A stretch of DNA of 64,000 nucleotides. Origin: Bacteroidota bacterium (lineage in GTDB: Bacteria; Bacteroidota; Bacteroidia; Palsa-965). This document shows, in pieces, positions 37,807 to 46,002 of the stretch (position 1 is its first letter; each line of letters starts with the position of its first letter). Under the pieces are notes generated by a model that had not been told where the DNA came from, did not search any database, and saw nothing but the letters and a program-made list of their open reading frames with translations. Position numbers and translations under genes: made by a program. Location: the NCBI GenBank assembly GCA_006218065.1, contig VBWE01000001.1:191063-255062 (forward strand), in the 5' to 3' direction.

Positions 37807-38460
37807 CTACAAATGCAGCCCGCATTCGCTTTTTGATTTGTTTGCCCATCGCCCCGAACGGCCCTTGCCTTTGGTGGTGCAGTGAAAGCAGCCCACCGAA
37901 TTATAGCCATGCGCCTGCAGCGGGTGCGCGGGTAATTTGTGTTTTTCAATATACTCCTTCGCCTGCTCTTCCGTCCAGTCGATGATCGGGAAGAATTTTA
38001 CGATCCCGTCGCGTTCTTCAAAAACATGGAGCGCGTCGCGATACGTGTTCTGTGTGCGCATCAGGCCGGAAACCCATACATCGAATTGCGTTTTTATCCG
38101 TTCGAGCGGCTCGACTTTATTGATGGAGCAGCAGAGATCGGGATCTTTCTGCCAGGTATGATCTTCGCGTGTGAACGTGTTTTTCCATTCTTCCGGTTTG
38201 ATATCGATCACCTGCAGGCCGAGTTGTTTGGTAAGCTGTTCCTTATACGCAATCGTCTCGGCAAAATGATAAGTTGTGTCCAGGAAATAAACCGGCAGGT
38301 CGGGCATGACTTCATGAAAAAGATGCAGGAGCACTGCGGAAGTCGTTCCGAACGAAGAGGTGAACAATACGCGCGGAAAATCCGAACGCAACTGCCGGAT
38401 ACGTTCTTCGGCAGAAAGCGCGCGGTATTTTTCGTTCAATATGTCCAATGCTTTCTTCAC
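37807..38460 (-). CDS. cysH: Phosphoadenylyl-sulfate (PAPS/APS) reductase, thioredoxin-dependent
   Basis: PAPS-reductase fold motifs (SSFGTTSAVLLHL, ECGLH C-terminus). Confidence 0.8.
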   Translation of the reverse strand: MKKALDILNEKYRALSAEERIRQLRSDFPRVLFTSSFGTTSAVLLHLFHEVMPDLPVYFLDTTYHFAETIAYKEQLTKQLGLQVIDIKPEEWKNTFTREDHTWQKDPDLCCSINKVEPLERIKTQFDVWVSGLMRTQNTYRDALHVFEERDGIVKFFPIIDWTEEQAKEYIEKHKLPAHPLQAHGYNSVGCFHCTTKGKGRSGRWANKSKSECGLHL

Positions 38461-40017
38461 TCAGAAAAATGATTTATACATGATTCGCAGGCTGATGATG
38501 ATGACCACCACGCCGACCAGCAGCATAGCCGTGCGTACATTCAGTTTTTTAGCCAAAAACGCGGCGAAAGGAGCTGCAATCGTTCCACCGATCACAAGAC
38601 CGATGATCACCTGCCAGTGACTGAGCCCGATGATCGTGGCAAAAGTAAAAGAACTTGCCAGCGCCACGAAAAATTCTGCGAGGTTGACCGACCCGATCGT
38701 GTAACGCGGATTTTTTCCCCAGGCAATCAGCGTGGAAGAAACGATCGGTCCCCAGCCGCCGCCGCCTATGGAGTCGAGGAATCCGCCCGTGGCGGCAAGC
38801 GGGATGAGTCTTTTTATTTTTTTCCGGACGCGGTCTTTGCGCAGGGCTTTCGCGATGATCACCACCCCGAGAAACAGCGTATAGGCCGCCACAAAAGGTT
38901 TAATGTAGCCGTTGTACTCTTCGAACGAGGAAAGCACGTAGGCACCGACGATCGCGCCGACGACACCGGGGATAAGCAGGTTGCGGAAAAGTTTGGTGTT
39001 CACGTTCCCGAATTTCAGGTGCATCAAACCGGAAACGCCGCTTGTAAAAACTTCGGAAGCATGTACGCTCATACTCGCCACGGCCGGTGAAATACCGAAT
39101 GACATGAGGAATGTCGTAGCGCTCACGCCGTAGGCCATACCGAGCGCACCGTCGATCATGCCCGCGATAAATCCGCCGAGAATCCAAAGCAGGATGGTCC
39201 GATCGAACGACGACCATACGCTCACGGCCGCGTCACCGATACTTCGCAGCGGGATGTACGACAGCAGCAGGTGGCCGGTAATCATCAAAGCCAGCGCCGC
39301 CAGGCCGTTTATCGCGACTTTTTTCAGCAGCTTGTTCCGTTTCTGCGCAGACGTTTGCGGCAACACGAGCGTGGCGGTTACCTGGTTCAGCCGTTCCACC
39401 TTCTGTTTGAAATCGCCGCGCAGCCTTTCGCGCAGCGCGTTCAGGTTGGCGATCAGGTCGTGCGTACCGTCGGGCAGGTCTTCCTGCAGCAGTTCACGGA
39501 TGCGTTTGGCCAGCGTCGGTGATTTGCCGTTGGTGGAGATCGCGATTTTGAGATCGCCTTTTTTGACAACGGACGAAAGATAAAAATCGCAGAGTTCCGG
39601 TTTGTCGGCTACGTTCACGAGCAGGCCTTTTTCGTTGGCGGCTTTTTTTATTTTTTCGGCCAGGGGAATATCATTCACGGCAACAATCACCAGGTCGGCG
39701 GTATCGAGATCTTCTTCGCGGAAAACCCGGTTATGAATATGCAGGTTGAACAGGTGCCGGCTGATCTGCACGATCTCTTCATGGATGCCGGGCGCCACCA
39801 GCGTGATTTCGGCAGCGGGACTGTTGTTCAGCACCGCGTTCAGTTTTTCGAGCGCCACATTTCCGCCGCCTACAATGAGCAAACGCAGCTGTTCCAGTTT
39901 CAGGAAAACCGGGAACAGCGTATTGCCGGCGGAAGCCGGAGTGATTTCCGTCTCCACCTGCTCGTTCTGCACATGATTTCCCGGTGTGTTGCTCATGGTT
40001 TGCAATTCGCGCAGCAA
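38461..40017 (-). CDS. Fusion protein: sirohaem-synthase N-domain (precorrin-2 dehydrogenase / sirohydrochlorin ferrochelatase, CysG-N/Met8-like) joined to a TauE/SafE (DUF81, TSUP) sulfite-exporter-family membrane domain
   Basis: N-terminal Rossmann motif LLIVGGGNVALEKL, similar to the CysG N-terminus. The C-terminal ~300 aa are polytopic with the glycine-rich TSUP repeats (GGGGWGPIVSS…). Confidence 0.7.
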   Translation of the reverse strand: MLRELQTMSNTPGNHVQNEQVETEITPASAGNTLFPVFLKLEQLRLLIVGGGNVALEKLNAVLNNSPAAEITLVAPGIHEEIVQISRHLFNLHIHNRVFREEDLDTADLVIVAVNDIPLAEKIKKAANEKGLLVNVADKPELCDFYLSSVVKKGDLKIAISTNGKSPTLAKRIRELLQEDLPDGTHDLIANLNALRERLRGDFKQKVERLNQVTATLVLPQTSAQKRNKLLKKVAINGLAALALMITGHLLLSYIPLRSIGDAAVSVWSSFDRTILLWILGGFIAGMIDGALGMAYGVSATTFLMSFGISPAVASMSVHASEVFTSGVSGLMHLKFGNVNTKLFRNLLIPGVVGAIVGAYVLSSFEEYNGYIKPFVAAYTLFLGVVIIAKALRKDRVRKKIKRLIPLAATGGFLDSIGGGGWGPIVSSTLIAWGKNPRYTIGSVNLAEFFVALASSFTFATIIGLSHWQVIIGLVIGGTIAAPFAAFLAKKLNVRTAMLLVGVVVIIISLRIMYKSFF

Positions 40018-40027
40018 AGGTACTGTA

Positions 40028-40753
40028 TCATTCGCTGACCTTCTTTCTGAAATCCAGTTGTACCCGGTATAAAATTCTTAAAATGTGATGGCGTTCGTAA
40101 AGTTTGTATCCGCGACGCTGGTACTGCATGATATAATGCAACGCGATGTCCGACCGGTTGCGGAATTTCCAGCCGGCTCCCGCATATCCCCGCCACTGGT
40201 CAAAAACCAGGCTGCGGAAATCGTGACGCACCATGTATTCCCCGGCGAAATTCAAAAACAAACCGTTTTCTTTTCGCAGGGATAAAACATAATCTGCGCG
40301 TCCCCGCGAACGAAAAATTAATTCGTTCTTCAAAGGCGGGGTAATATCTTTCGTCGCCATCATCAGGCGCTGTTCTTCGCGGAAGCGCAACGCAAACTCC
40401 GATTTGTTCACTTGTTTCTTCCATGCTATTTCCTCCCAGCTTCTCCATTCGCGACGGAACAGGTGCGGCCCGGAATCGTTGAGCCGGTGCACGAAAAAAG
40501 CGCCTCCGGCAGAAACCGCCAGGTTGTCCGCAAAATGGAAAGACGCTCCGGCACGGGCCAGCGACTGCAAACGATATGCTCCCCAGTCATCGCGGCGGGT
40601 CTGCAGATCGAGCGAAACCGACCAGCGGTCCGACAGTTTTGCCTGTCCTTGTCCTGCAAACCAGGTCACGTGGCGTTGCAACACGGTCTGTGCTTCTGCG
40701 GGACGCGGAGCAGGCAATGCTGTCAGTAAAAAGAAATAATGTATCCGTTTCAC
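40028..40753 (-). CDS. DUF2490-family outer-membrane protein
   Basis: Signal peptide; about 240 aa with alternating beta-strand character. Confidence 0.55.
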   Translation of the reverse strand: MKRIHYFFLLTALPAPRPAEAQTVLQRHVTWFAGQGQAKLSDRWSVSLDLQTRRDDWGAYRLQSLARAGASFHFADNLAVSAGGAFFVHRLNDSGPHLFRREWRSWEEIAWKKQVNKSEFALRFREEQRLMMATKDITPPLKNELIFRSRGRADYVLSLRKENGLFLNFAGEYMVRHDFRSLVFDQWRGYAGAGWKFRNRSDIALHYIMQYQRRGYKLYERHHILRILYRVQLDFRKKVSE

Positions 40754-40760
40754 TTTTCGC

Positions 40761-41537
40761 TCAGTTGAACAGGTAGTTTTCGAGTTTCAGTTGCTGTTCG
40801 GCATAGGTGTTTTTGCGCACCACTTCACCGATGATGATGATGGCCGGCGAAGCGATTTTTTCACGGGCTACTTCTTCCGCGATCGTATCGATCGATCCCA
40901 CGGCGATGTTTTCCGTCGGGAGCGAACCGTCCTGGATCACGGCTACCGGCAGGTCGCCTTTACCGGCTGCACGGTAAATTCCCGCGATCTCTTTCAGTTT
41001 GGCCAGGCCCATGAGCACGACCACCGTAGCATTCGTCTGCGCGGCGATCTGCAGGTTACGTGATAGTTTTCCGCTGCTCGTTGTCCCGGCGATGACCCAG
41101 AAACTTTCGCTGGATCCGCGATGCGTAACCGGTATCCGCTGCAAAGCGGGCACAGCCACCGAACTGGAAATGCCGGGAACAATCTGCGTTTCGATATTGA
41201 ACGAGTCGGCGAATTCCAGTTCCTCGTAGCCGCGTCCGAAAACAAACGGATCGCCGCCTTTGAGCCGGACCACATGCCCGTGCGAAAATGCATAGTCAAC
41301 GATGAGTGTATTGATCTGGTCCTGCGTGAAACTGTGCTGTCCTTTTCTTTTGCCGACGAAAATTTTCCTGGCATGAATGGGAACATACTTCAGCAGTTCG
41401 GTATTGACCAGCGCATCGTAAAGCACCACGTCGGCGTTGCTCAGCGCGTTGATGCCTTTCAGGCTGATGAGTTCGGGATCGCCGGGACCTGCGCCGACGA
41501 GGGTGAGCTTGGGATGTATTTCGTATTTGGTTTTCAT
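40761..41537 (-). CDS. cobA: Uroporphyrinogen-III C-methyltransferase (SUMT)
   Basis: LVGAGPGDPELISLKG, VVRLKGGDPFVFGRG motifs. Confidence 0.85.
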   Translation of the reverse strand: MKTKYEIHPKLTLVGAGPGDPELISLKGINALSNADVVLYDALVNTELLKYVPIHARKIFVGKRKGQHSFTQDQINTLIVDYAFSHGHVVRLKGGDPFVFGRGYEELEFADSFNIETQIVPGISSSVAVPALQRIPVTHRGSSESFWVIAGTTSSGKLSRNLQIAAQTNATVVVLMGLAKLKEIAGIYRAAGKGDLPVAVIQDGSLPTENIAVGSIDTIAEEVAREKIASPAIIIIGEVVRKNTYAEQQLKLENYLFN

Positions 41538-41555
41538 GAGTTTGTGTTTTTTTAT

Positions 41556-41608
41556 GTGGTTCGGACCTCACCCCAACCCCTCTCCGGCAGAGAGGGGAAT
41601 TGGTTCGG
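41556..41608. repeat. Palindromic element, copy B (cctcaccccaacccctctc-cggcag-agagggg core), 18 nt upstream of the cobA start
   Basis: 53-nt stretch near-identical to 43853-43904. Contains a cccctctc/gagagggg stem. Confidence 0.65.
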
Positions 41609-41712
41609 GCCGGGTTTTTATCTTTTCTTTTTTCTGAAATCTCCTTACGGAGATTTCGATAGTCGACGTCTGCGACGTCGACTAATTGGTACTTATTTTT
41701 TGCGTAGCTCTT

Positions 41713-43842
41713 TCAACAGACTTCTTCCCTTTCCGTTTGTTTTTCGCGGTAGCGGATTATTTCCGCAAGCAGTTCGGCGGCACGCATGAGGTAGCTGCGT
41801 GCAAATTTTTCAGTGGGTTCATTTTTATTGATCTGCAGTACGAGTTCGCGGAAACCTCCGGGAACAGCGAGATCGCCGTTGTCCACGAAATGTTTGTCGA
41901 AATCGCCGAGAATGCCGTGATGCGTATTGCAGTTCACTTCTTTGGAAAGCAACAATCCCTTGGCGGCGTTCACGAAAACGCTGTAACTGTAGTAAACCGA
42001 ATCGGCAAAACGTTTTTCGGCAAATGCTTCTTCGGCGCGATCCAGTTTTTCTTCCGCTTCGAAAAAAAGCGTCTGCACCAGGTCGATCAGTACGCCCGCG
42101 CACTCGCCCACCCCGATGGCCGTCTGGAACTGTTCGGTTTGTCCCCAGTCGGTAAACTCATCGGGCGTGATATTTTTATTGTCGGCCAGCGGTTTCAGCA
42201 ACTGGTAGAAATACTCTTTGCCGCGGCGATCGTAATAGCTGTTGAAATACTCCCCCTCCACGGCGTTCGTTTCAAAATCATGCAGGAGCGATTTCAAAAC
42301 GGCGGGACCTCTTTTGCTCGGCACCTTGATAATCTTTTCGGAAATACGTCCTTCGCCGTTCCCGGTGGGGCCGCCGCCGAGCAATACCTGCAGGGCAGGA
42401 ACAACGGCTGTTCCCGCTTTAAATGAACTGCCGTGAAAACCGATCTGCGCCAGCGAATGTTGTCCGCAACTGTTCATGCAGCCGCTGATTTTGATTTTGA
42501 TATCGTGGTTGTAAACCAGTTCCGGGAACTCTTCCGTGATCACCTGTTCCAGCGCTTTCGCGATACCGGTGCTGCTGGAAATGCCGAGGTTGCAGGTATC
42601 CGTTCCCGGGCAGGCGGTGATGTGCGCCGTACTTTCCGCGCCCGCCCCGGCAAAACCGATGGCCTGCAGGGCCCTGTACAAAGCCGGCAGCGCATGCTGC
42701 GGGACGAAGCGCAGCAAAAATCCCTGCGCCGGCGTAATGTGGATTTCTTCTTTCGAAAATTGTTCCGCGATTCCTGCGAAAATCCGCGCGGTCCTGGTGT
42801 CCAGGTTTCCGAGCTGTACTTTCACGCGGACAGCATACCAATCGTCCTGCTTCTGCGGGATCACGTTGGTATCGAACCAGTCGCGGTAATTTTCATCGTC
42901 GCTGATGCGGAAAGTGGTGAATACTTCCTGCGTGGCACCCGGGATGCGGCGCGCCGGCACATCGACCGGGAACGATTTTACTTTCAGTGCAACCCGTTCT
43001 TCTTCCACCAGCTTTTTCAATTCCGCGATGCCGGTTTTCTGCACCAGGTATTTGATGCGCGCTTTGTGGCGACTGGTCCGTTCACCGTGCCGGTCGAATA
43101 CGCGCAGCACCGCTTCGATGAACGGGATGAGCTGGTCGGATGCGAGGAATTCATCGGCCACCTGCGCGAGAAACGGCTGCGCACCCAGTCCGCCGCCCAC
43201 GAACGCCCGGAAGCCCCGCTGCAGTTGCCCGTCCACGATCCGCACTTTGGGAATAAAACCCAGGTCGTGCATAAACACGTAAGCGGTGTCTTCGTCGTTC
43301 GATGAAAAAGCGATTTTGATTTTTCGCCCGAGCTCCTGGCAAACCGGGTTGCGCAGGAAGTACTGGAATACCGCTTCCGCATAAGGCGTCACATCAAACG
43401 GTTCCAGCGGATCGATCCCGGCTTCGGGCGAAGCGGTAACGTTGCGCACGGTATTTCCGCAGGCTTCGCGGAGCGTGATATCGTCTTCTTCGAGTTCGGC
43501 CCAGAGTTGCGGCGTACGGTCGAGGCTCACGAAATGGATTTGAATATCCTGCCGCGTGGTGAGGTGTAATTTGCCGTTCGAATACGTATCGCTTACATCG
43601 GCGATGCGTAATAATTGTTTCGGCGTAAGTTTTCCATAAGGCAGTTTGATGCGGATCATCTGCACACCGGGCTGGCGTTGTCCGTATACCCCGCGGGCCA
43701 GGCGCAGGCTGCGGAATTTCTCCGGGTCGATCTTTCCTTCGCGGAAGAGCTGGATTTTCTCCCCGAGCTCGACGATGTCTTTTTCTACGAGCGCTTTTCT
43801 TCCGCCGGCGGCCTGTTCTATTTCTGTCTGGAAACTTTGCAT
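41713..43842 (-). CDS. sir: Sulfite reductase hemoprotein (ferredoxin-type nitrite/sulfite reductase) with a ~150-aa C-terminal helical extension
   Basis: Sirohaem/4Fe-4S Cys cluster motifs (ACPGTDTCNLG…GCMNSCGQH). 709 aa. Confidence 0.85.
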   Translation of the reverse strand: MQSFQTEIEQAAGGRKALVEKDIVELGEKIQLFREGKIDPEKFRSLRLARGVYGQRQPGVQMIRIKLPYGKLTPKQLLRIADVSDTYSNGKLHLTTRQDIQIHFVSLDRTPQLWAELEEDDITLREACGNTVRNVTASPEAGIDPLEPFDVTPYAEAVFQYFLRNPVCQELGRKIKIAFSSNDEDTAYVFMHDLGFIPKVRIVDGQLQRGFRAFVGGGLGAQPFLAQVADEFLASDQLIPFIEAVLRVFDRHGERTSRHKARIKYLVQKTGIAELKKLVEEERVALKVKSFPVDVPARRIPGATQEVFTTFRISDDENYRDWFDTNVIPQKQDDWYAVRVKVQLGNLDTRTARIFAGIAEQFSKEEIHITPAQGFLLRFVPQHALPALYRALQAIGFAGAGAESTAHITACPGTDTCNLGISSSTGIAKALEQVITEEFPELVYNHDIKIKISGCMNSCGQHSLAQIGFHGSSFKAGTAVVPALQVLLGGGPTGNGEGRISEKIIKVPSKRGPAVLKSLLHDFETNAVEGEYFNSYYDRRGKEYFYQLLKPLADNKNITPDEFTDWGQTEQFQTAIGVGECAGVLIDLVQTLFFEAEEKLDRAEEAFAEKRFADSVYYSYSVFVNAAKGLLLSKEVNCNTHHGILGDFDKHFVDNGDLAVPGGFRELVLQINKNEPTEKFARSYLMRAAELLAEIIRYREKQTEREEVC

Positions 43843-43852
43843 GGTTTTTTTT

Positions 43853-43904
43853 GTGGTTGGGCCTCACCCCAACCCCTCTCCGGCAGAGAGGGGAATTGGT
43901 TCGG
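43853..43904. repeat. Palindromic element, copy A, 10 nt upstream of the sir start
   Basis: gtggttgggcctcaccccaacccctctccggcagagaggggaattggttcgg. Confidence 0.65.
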
Positions 43905-43930
43905 CACATTTTCTTTGTTTACATTCTCTT

Positions 43931-44011
43931 GTCTCGCTTCGCTCGACTTTACTGTTTCTTCCGTCTCGCTTTGCTCGACTTTTCATTTTCTTTCGTCTCG
44001 CTTTGCTCGAC
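43931..44011. repeat. Three tandem direct repeats, period 32 bp, with core cgtctcgctt(t/c)gctcgac
   Basis: Cores at 43931-43947, 43962-43979 and 43994-44011. A partial inverted copy cgtcgagc sits at 44036-44043. Confidence 0.65.
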
Positions 44012-44075
44012 GTGCTTTACTTGTTTTTGTTCTTTTCGTCGAGCTGCGCCCGACTTTCAACACTTTCCTTTTTTG

Positions 44076-44147
44076 AGGCTCCTGGCAGAATTGAACTGCC
44101 GTCTCCGGTTTTGCAGACCAGCGCTTGGACCACTCAGCTATGGAGCC
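44076..44147 (-). tRNA. tRNA-Cys (anticodon GCA)
   Basis: Manual fold. Acceptor GGCTCCA/GGAGCC. T-arm GGCAG-TTCAATT-CTGCC. Anticodon arm CTGGT-CTGCAAA-ACCGG with U33 and A37. 72 nt. CCA is not encoded. Confidence 0.8.
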
Positions 44148-44692
44148 AAAAATCAAAAAGCCCTCCCGGCATTGCTTCCGGAAGGGCTTTTCTTTAAACA
44201 CACATTAAACCAACCTAGCCATTTTCCAAAGCGTTTCCGGACCGTATGATACACATACAGCACATACACATGGTGAACATGTATGCCGGTTTCGCGTTGG
44301 TTGTTTTCTGAATATTCATTTTATGTTTTTCCTGTTTTATTAAAAGCGAAGAGGGCTTTCCGGTTACCCTGGAAAGCCCTCTTGCTTGATTGTTATGGTT
44401 TCAGCAAAGCCCTTCCAGCGCGTCAGCGACACATCATACCGCACATGCAGCATGTTGTTTGGAAGATATTGGCCTTGTTGTTCATGATCGTGATTTGTGA
44501 AGGCAAAGATAAAGGCAAAAAAACACGCCGGGCAAATTTTTCTGAATAATTTTTTTGGAATCCTATTTACAATGAGGGCGCGGGCCGTGATTTTGCGAGC
44601 GGGAATGCGGTGGGGAATTGTTATTTTTAGCTTTCGCAGATTAATATGCGGGAAAGAAAAACAACCTGCAGATTTTCAAAATCCCTGTAAAC

Positions 44693-45253
44693 ATGATCGA
44701 CCAAAAAGAATTTGCATTGAATTTTAACGGGCTTGAAGTGCCTGCGGCCCTGGTGAAACTGCTGGATTTTGAAAACGCGCAAGGCAACGCATATTATTCC
44801 GCGGGATTTGAGCTGGGCTGTTTTGACAAGGTCGGATTACGTTCGTATTCGGAAAACGAATTGTTCCTGGACTCCATCATCGAATTCGCCCGGGCTGACG
44901 GAACCGGTTCCACGTACGGATTCTGGCTGCGGAATAATACGCGGGATCTCCGGGAAGCGCCGGTAATCGTTTCGGGCGGCGAAGGCGGAATGCATATTGT
45001 TGCGGAAAATATACAGGGCTTGCTGCATATCCTGGCGTATGATGCAGAACCGATGGTCAGCTGGAAAAAAGTGTATTACTATAAAAACGAAACAGACCAC
45101 GAAGCAAGTCCGAAAGCTGATGCCTATAAAAAATGGATGTCCGATTATTTCAACGCGGAGCCGGCTGCCGACGCTGACAGTATCGTTAAATCAGCACAGG
45201 AGAAGTACGAGTACGAATTTCAACACTGGCTGAAAGGTTATTACGCAGGATAA
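44693..45253 (+). CDS. Hypothetical cytoplasmic protein (186 aa), possibly SMI1/KNR4-like
   Basis: No firm motif. The family guess is weak. Confidence 0.35.
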   Translation: MIDQKEFALNFNGLEVPAALVKLLDFENAQGNAYYSAGFELGCFDKVGLRSYSENELFLDSIIEFARADGTGSTYGFWLRNNTRDLREAPVIVSGGEGGMHIVAENIQGLLHILAYDAEPMVSWKKVYYYKNETDHEASPKADAYKKWMSDYFNAEPAADADSIVKSAQEKYEYEFQHWLKGYYAG

Positions 45254-45261
45254 AAACAAAA

Positions 45262-45822
45262 TCATACTGCCTTTTCCACAGCTTCTGCAAAATGCGCATG
45301 CTCCAGTTCCTGCACACGGGCTGCAAGTATTTCGGGCGTATCGCCGGGAAGAACCGGGCAGCGGAATTGCGCGATTTGTTCTCCATCGTCGAAATGTTCG
45401 TTCACGTAATGAATCGTGATGCCGCTTTCTTTTTCACCGGCGTCAATTACCGCTTTGTGCACGTGCGCGCCGTACATGCCTTTACCACCGAATTTCGGAA
45501 GCAGGGCCGGGTGAATATTTATAATCCGTTTCGGAAAAGCGCGTACTAGGTTTCCAGGAACCAGCCATAAAAATCCGGCAAGTACGATGAGACCGATGTT
45601 TTTCTTTTGCAGCAGCCGGATGGTTTCGTCGCTGTTATAAAAAGAATCGCGCGAAAGAATAACCGTTTCCACGCCCGCTGCTTTCGCAATTTCCAGCACC
45701 CCCGCCTCCGCTTTGTTGCAGAGCACCAGGCTCACGCGCGCTTTGTCGCTGTGCTGAAAAAAATCGATCAGCCTGCGCGCGTTGGTTCCTTTTCCGGAAG
45801 CAAAAACAGCGATGTTTTTCAT
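45262..45822 (-). CDS. purN: Phosphoribosylglycinamide formyltransferase
   Basis: MKNIAVFASGKGTN, formyltransferase motifs (IINIHPALLP…HYVNEHFDDG). Confidence 0.85.
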   Translation of the reverse strand: MKNIAVFASGKGTNARRLIDFFQHSDKARVSLVLCNKAEAGVLEIAKAAGVETVILSRDSFYNSDETIRLLQKKNIGLIVLAGFLWLVPGNLVRAFPKRIINIHPALLPKFGGKGMYGAHVHKAVIDAGEKESGITIHYVNEHFDDGEQIAQFRCPVLPGDTPEILAARVQELEHAHFAEAVEKAV

Positions 45823-46002
45823 CGTGCGCAAAGGTATTGTTTCCTACTTGTTATCCGTAGTCGGCGACTACGGATAACGAGAGACTATGGATAACATCCT
45901 ATAAACCCGCCGCTACCGGTTATAAACCCCGGAACATCAATTATAAACCACCCCGGCTTTTGAACATGGGATGCGCTTATTTTATATGAAAAACCACCTG
46001 TC

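Noticed and set aside
42433-43305. 290-aa plus-strand ORF, plus other overlapping ORFs within 41121-43909
   Set aside because: They lie inside or antisense to the sulfite reductase and cobA genes. Several are driven by the palindromic repeat (…PQPLSGREGNWFG… is a translation of the repeat, not a protein).
43931-44011. Possible CRISPR array
   Set aside because: There are only three 18-bp repeats with 14-nt, near-identical 'spacers'. There are no cas genes. The structure is a simple tandem duplication, not repeat-plus-unique-spacer.
43843-44075. SAM or other sulfur-responsive riboswitch upstream of sir
   Set aside because: No SAM-I/II-like conserved core was recognisable by eye. The region is explained by the palindromic element plus tandem repeats. 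This cannot be fully excluded without a covariance-model scan.
44283-44727. Two overlapping ORFs of 88 and 76 aa in the tRNA-Cys flank
   Set aside because: They are overlapping, of odd composition, and in a region dominated by hairpins. This more likely encodes a non-coding or regulatory element than a protein.
44076-45253. Integrated element at tRNA-Cys (integrase/att search)
   Set aside because: No integrase, excisionase or direct repeat of the tRNA 3' end was seen within several kb. The neighbouring genes are housekeeping (purN) or ordinary hypotheticals.
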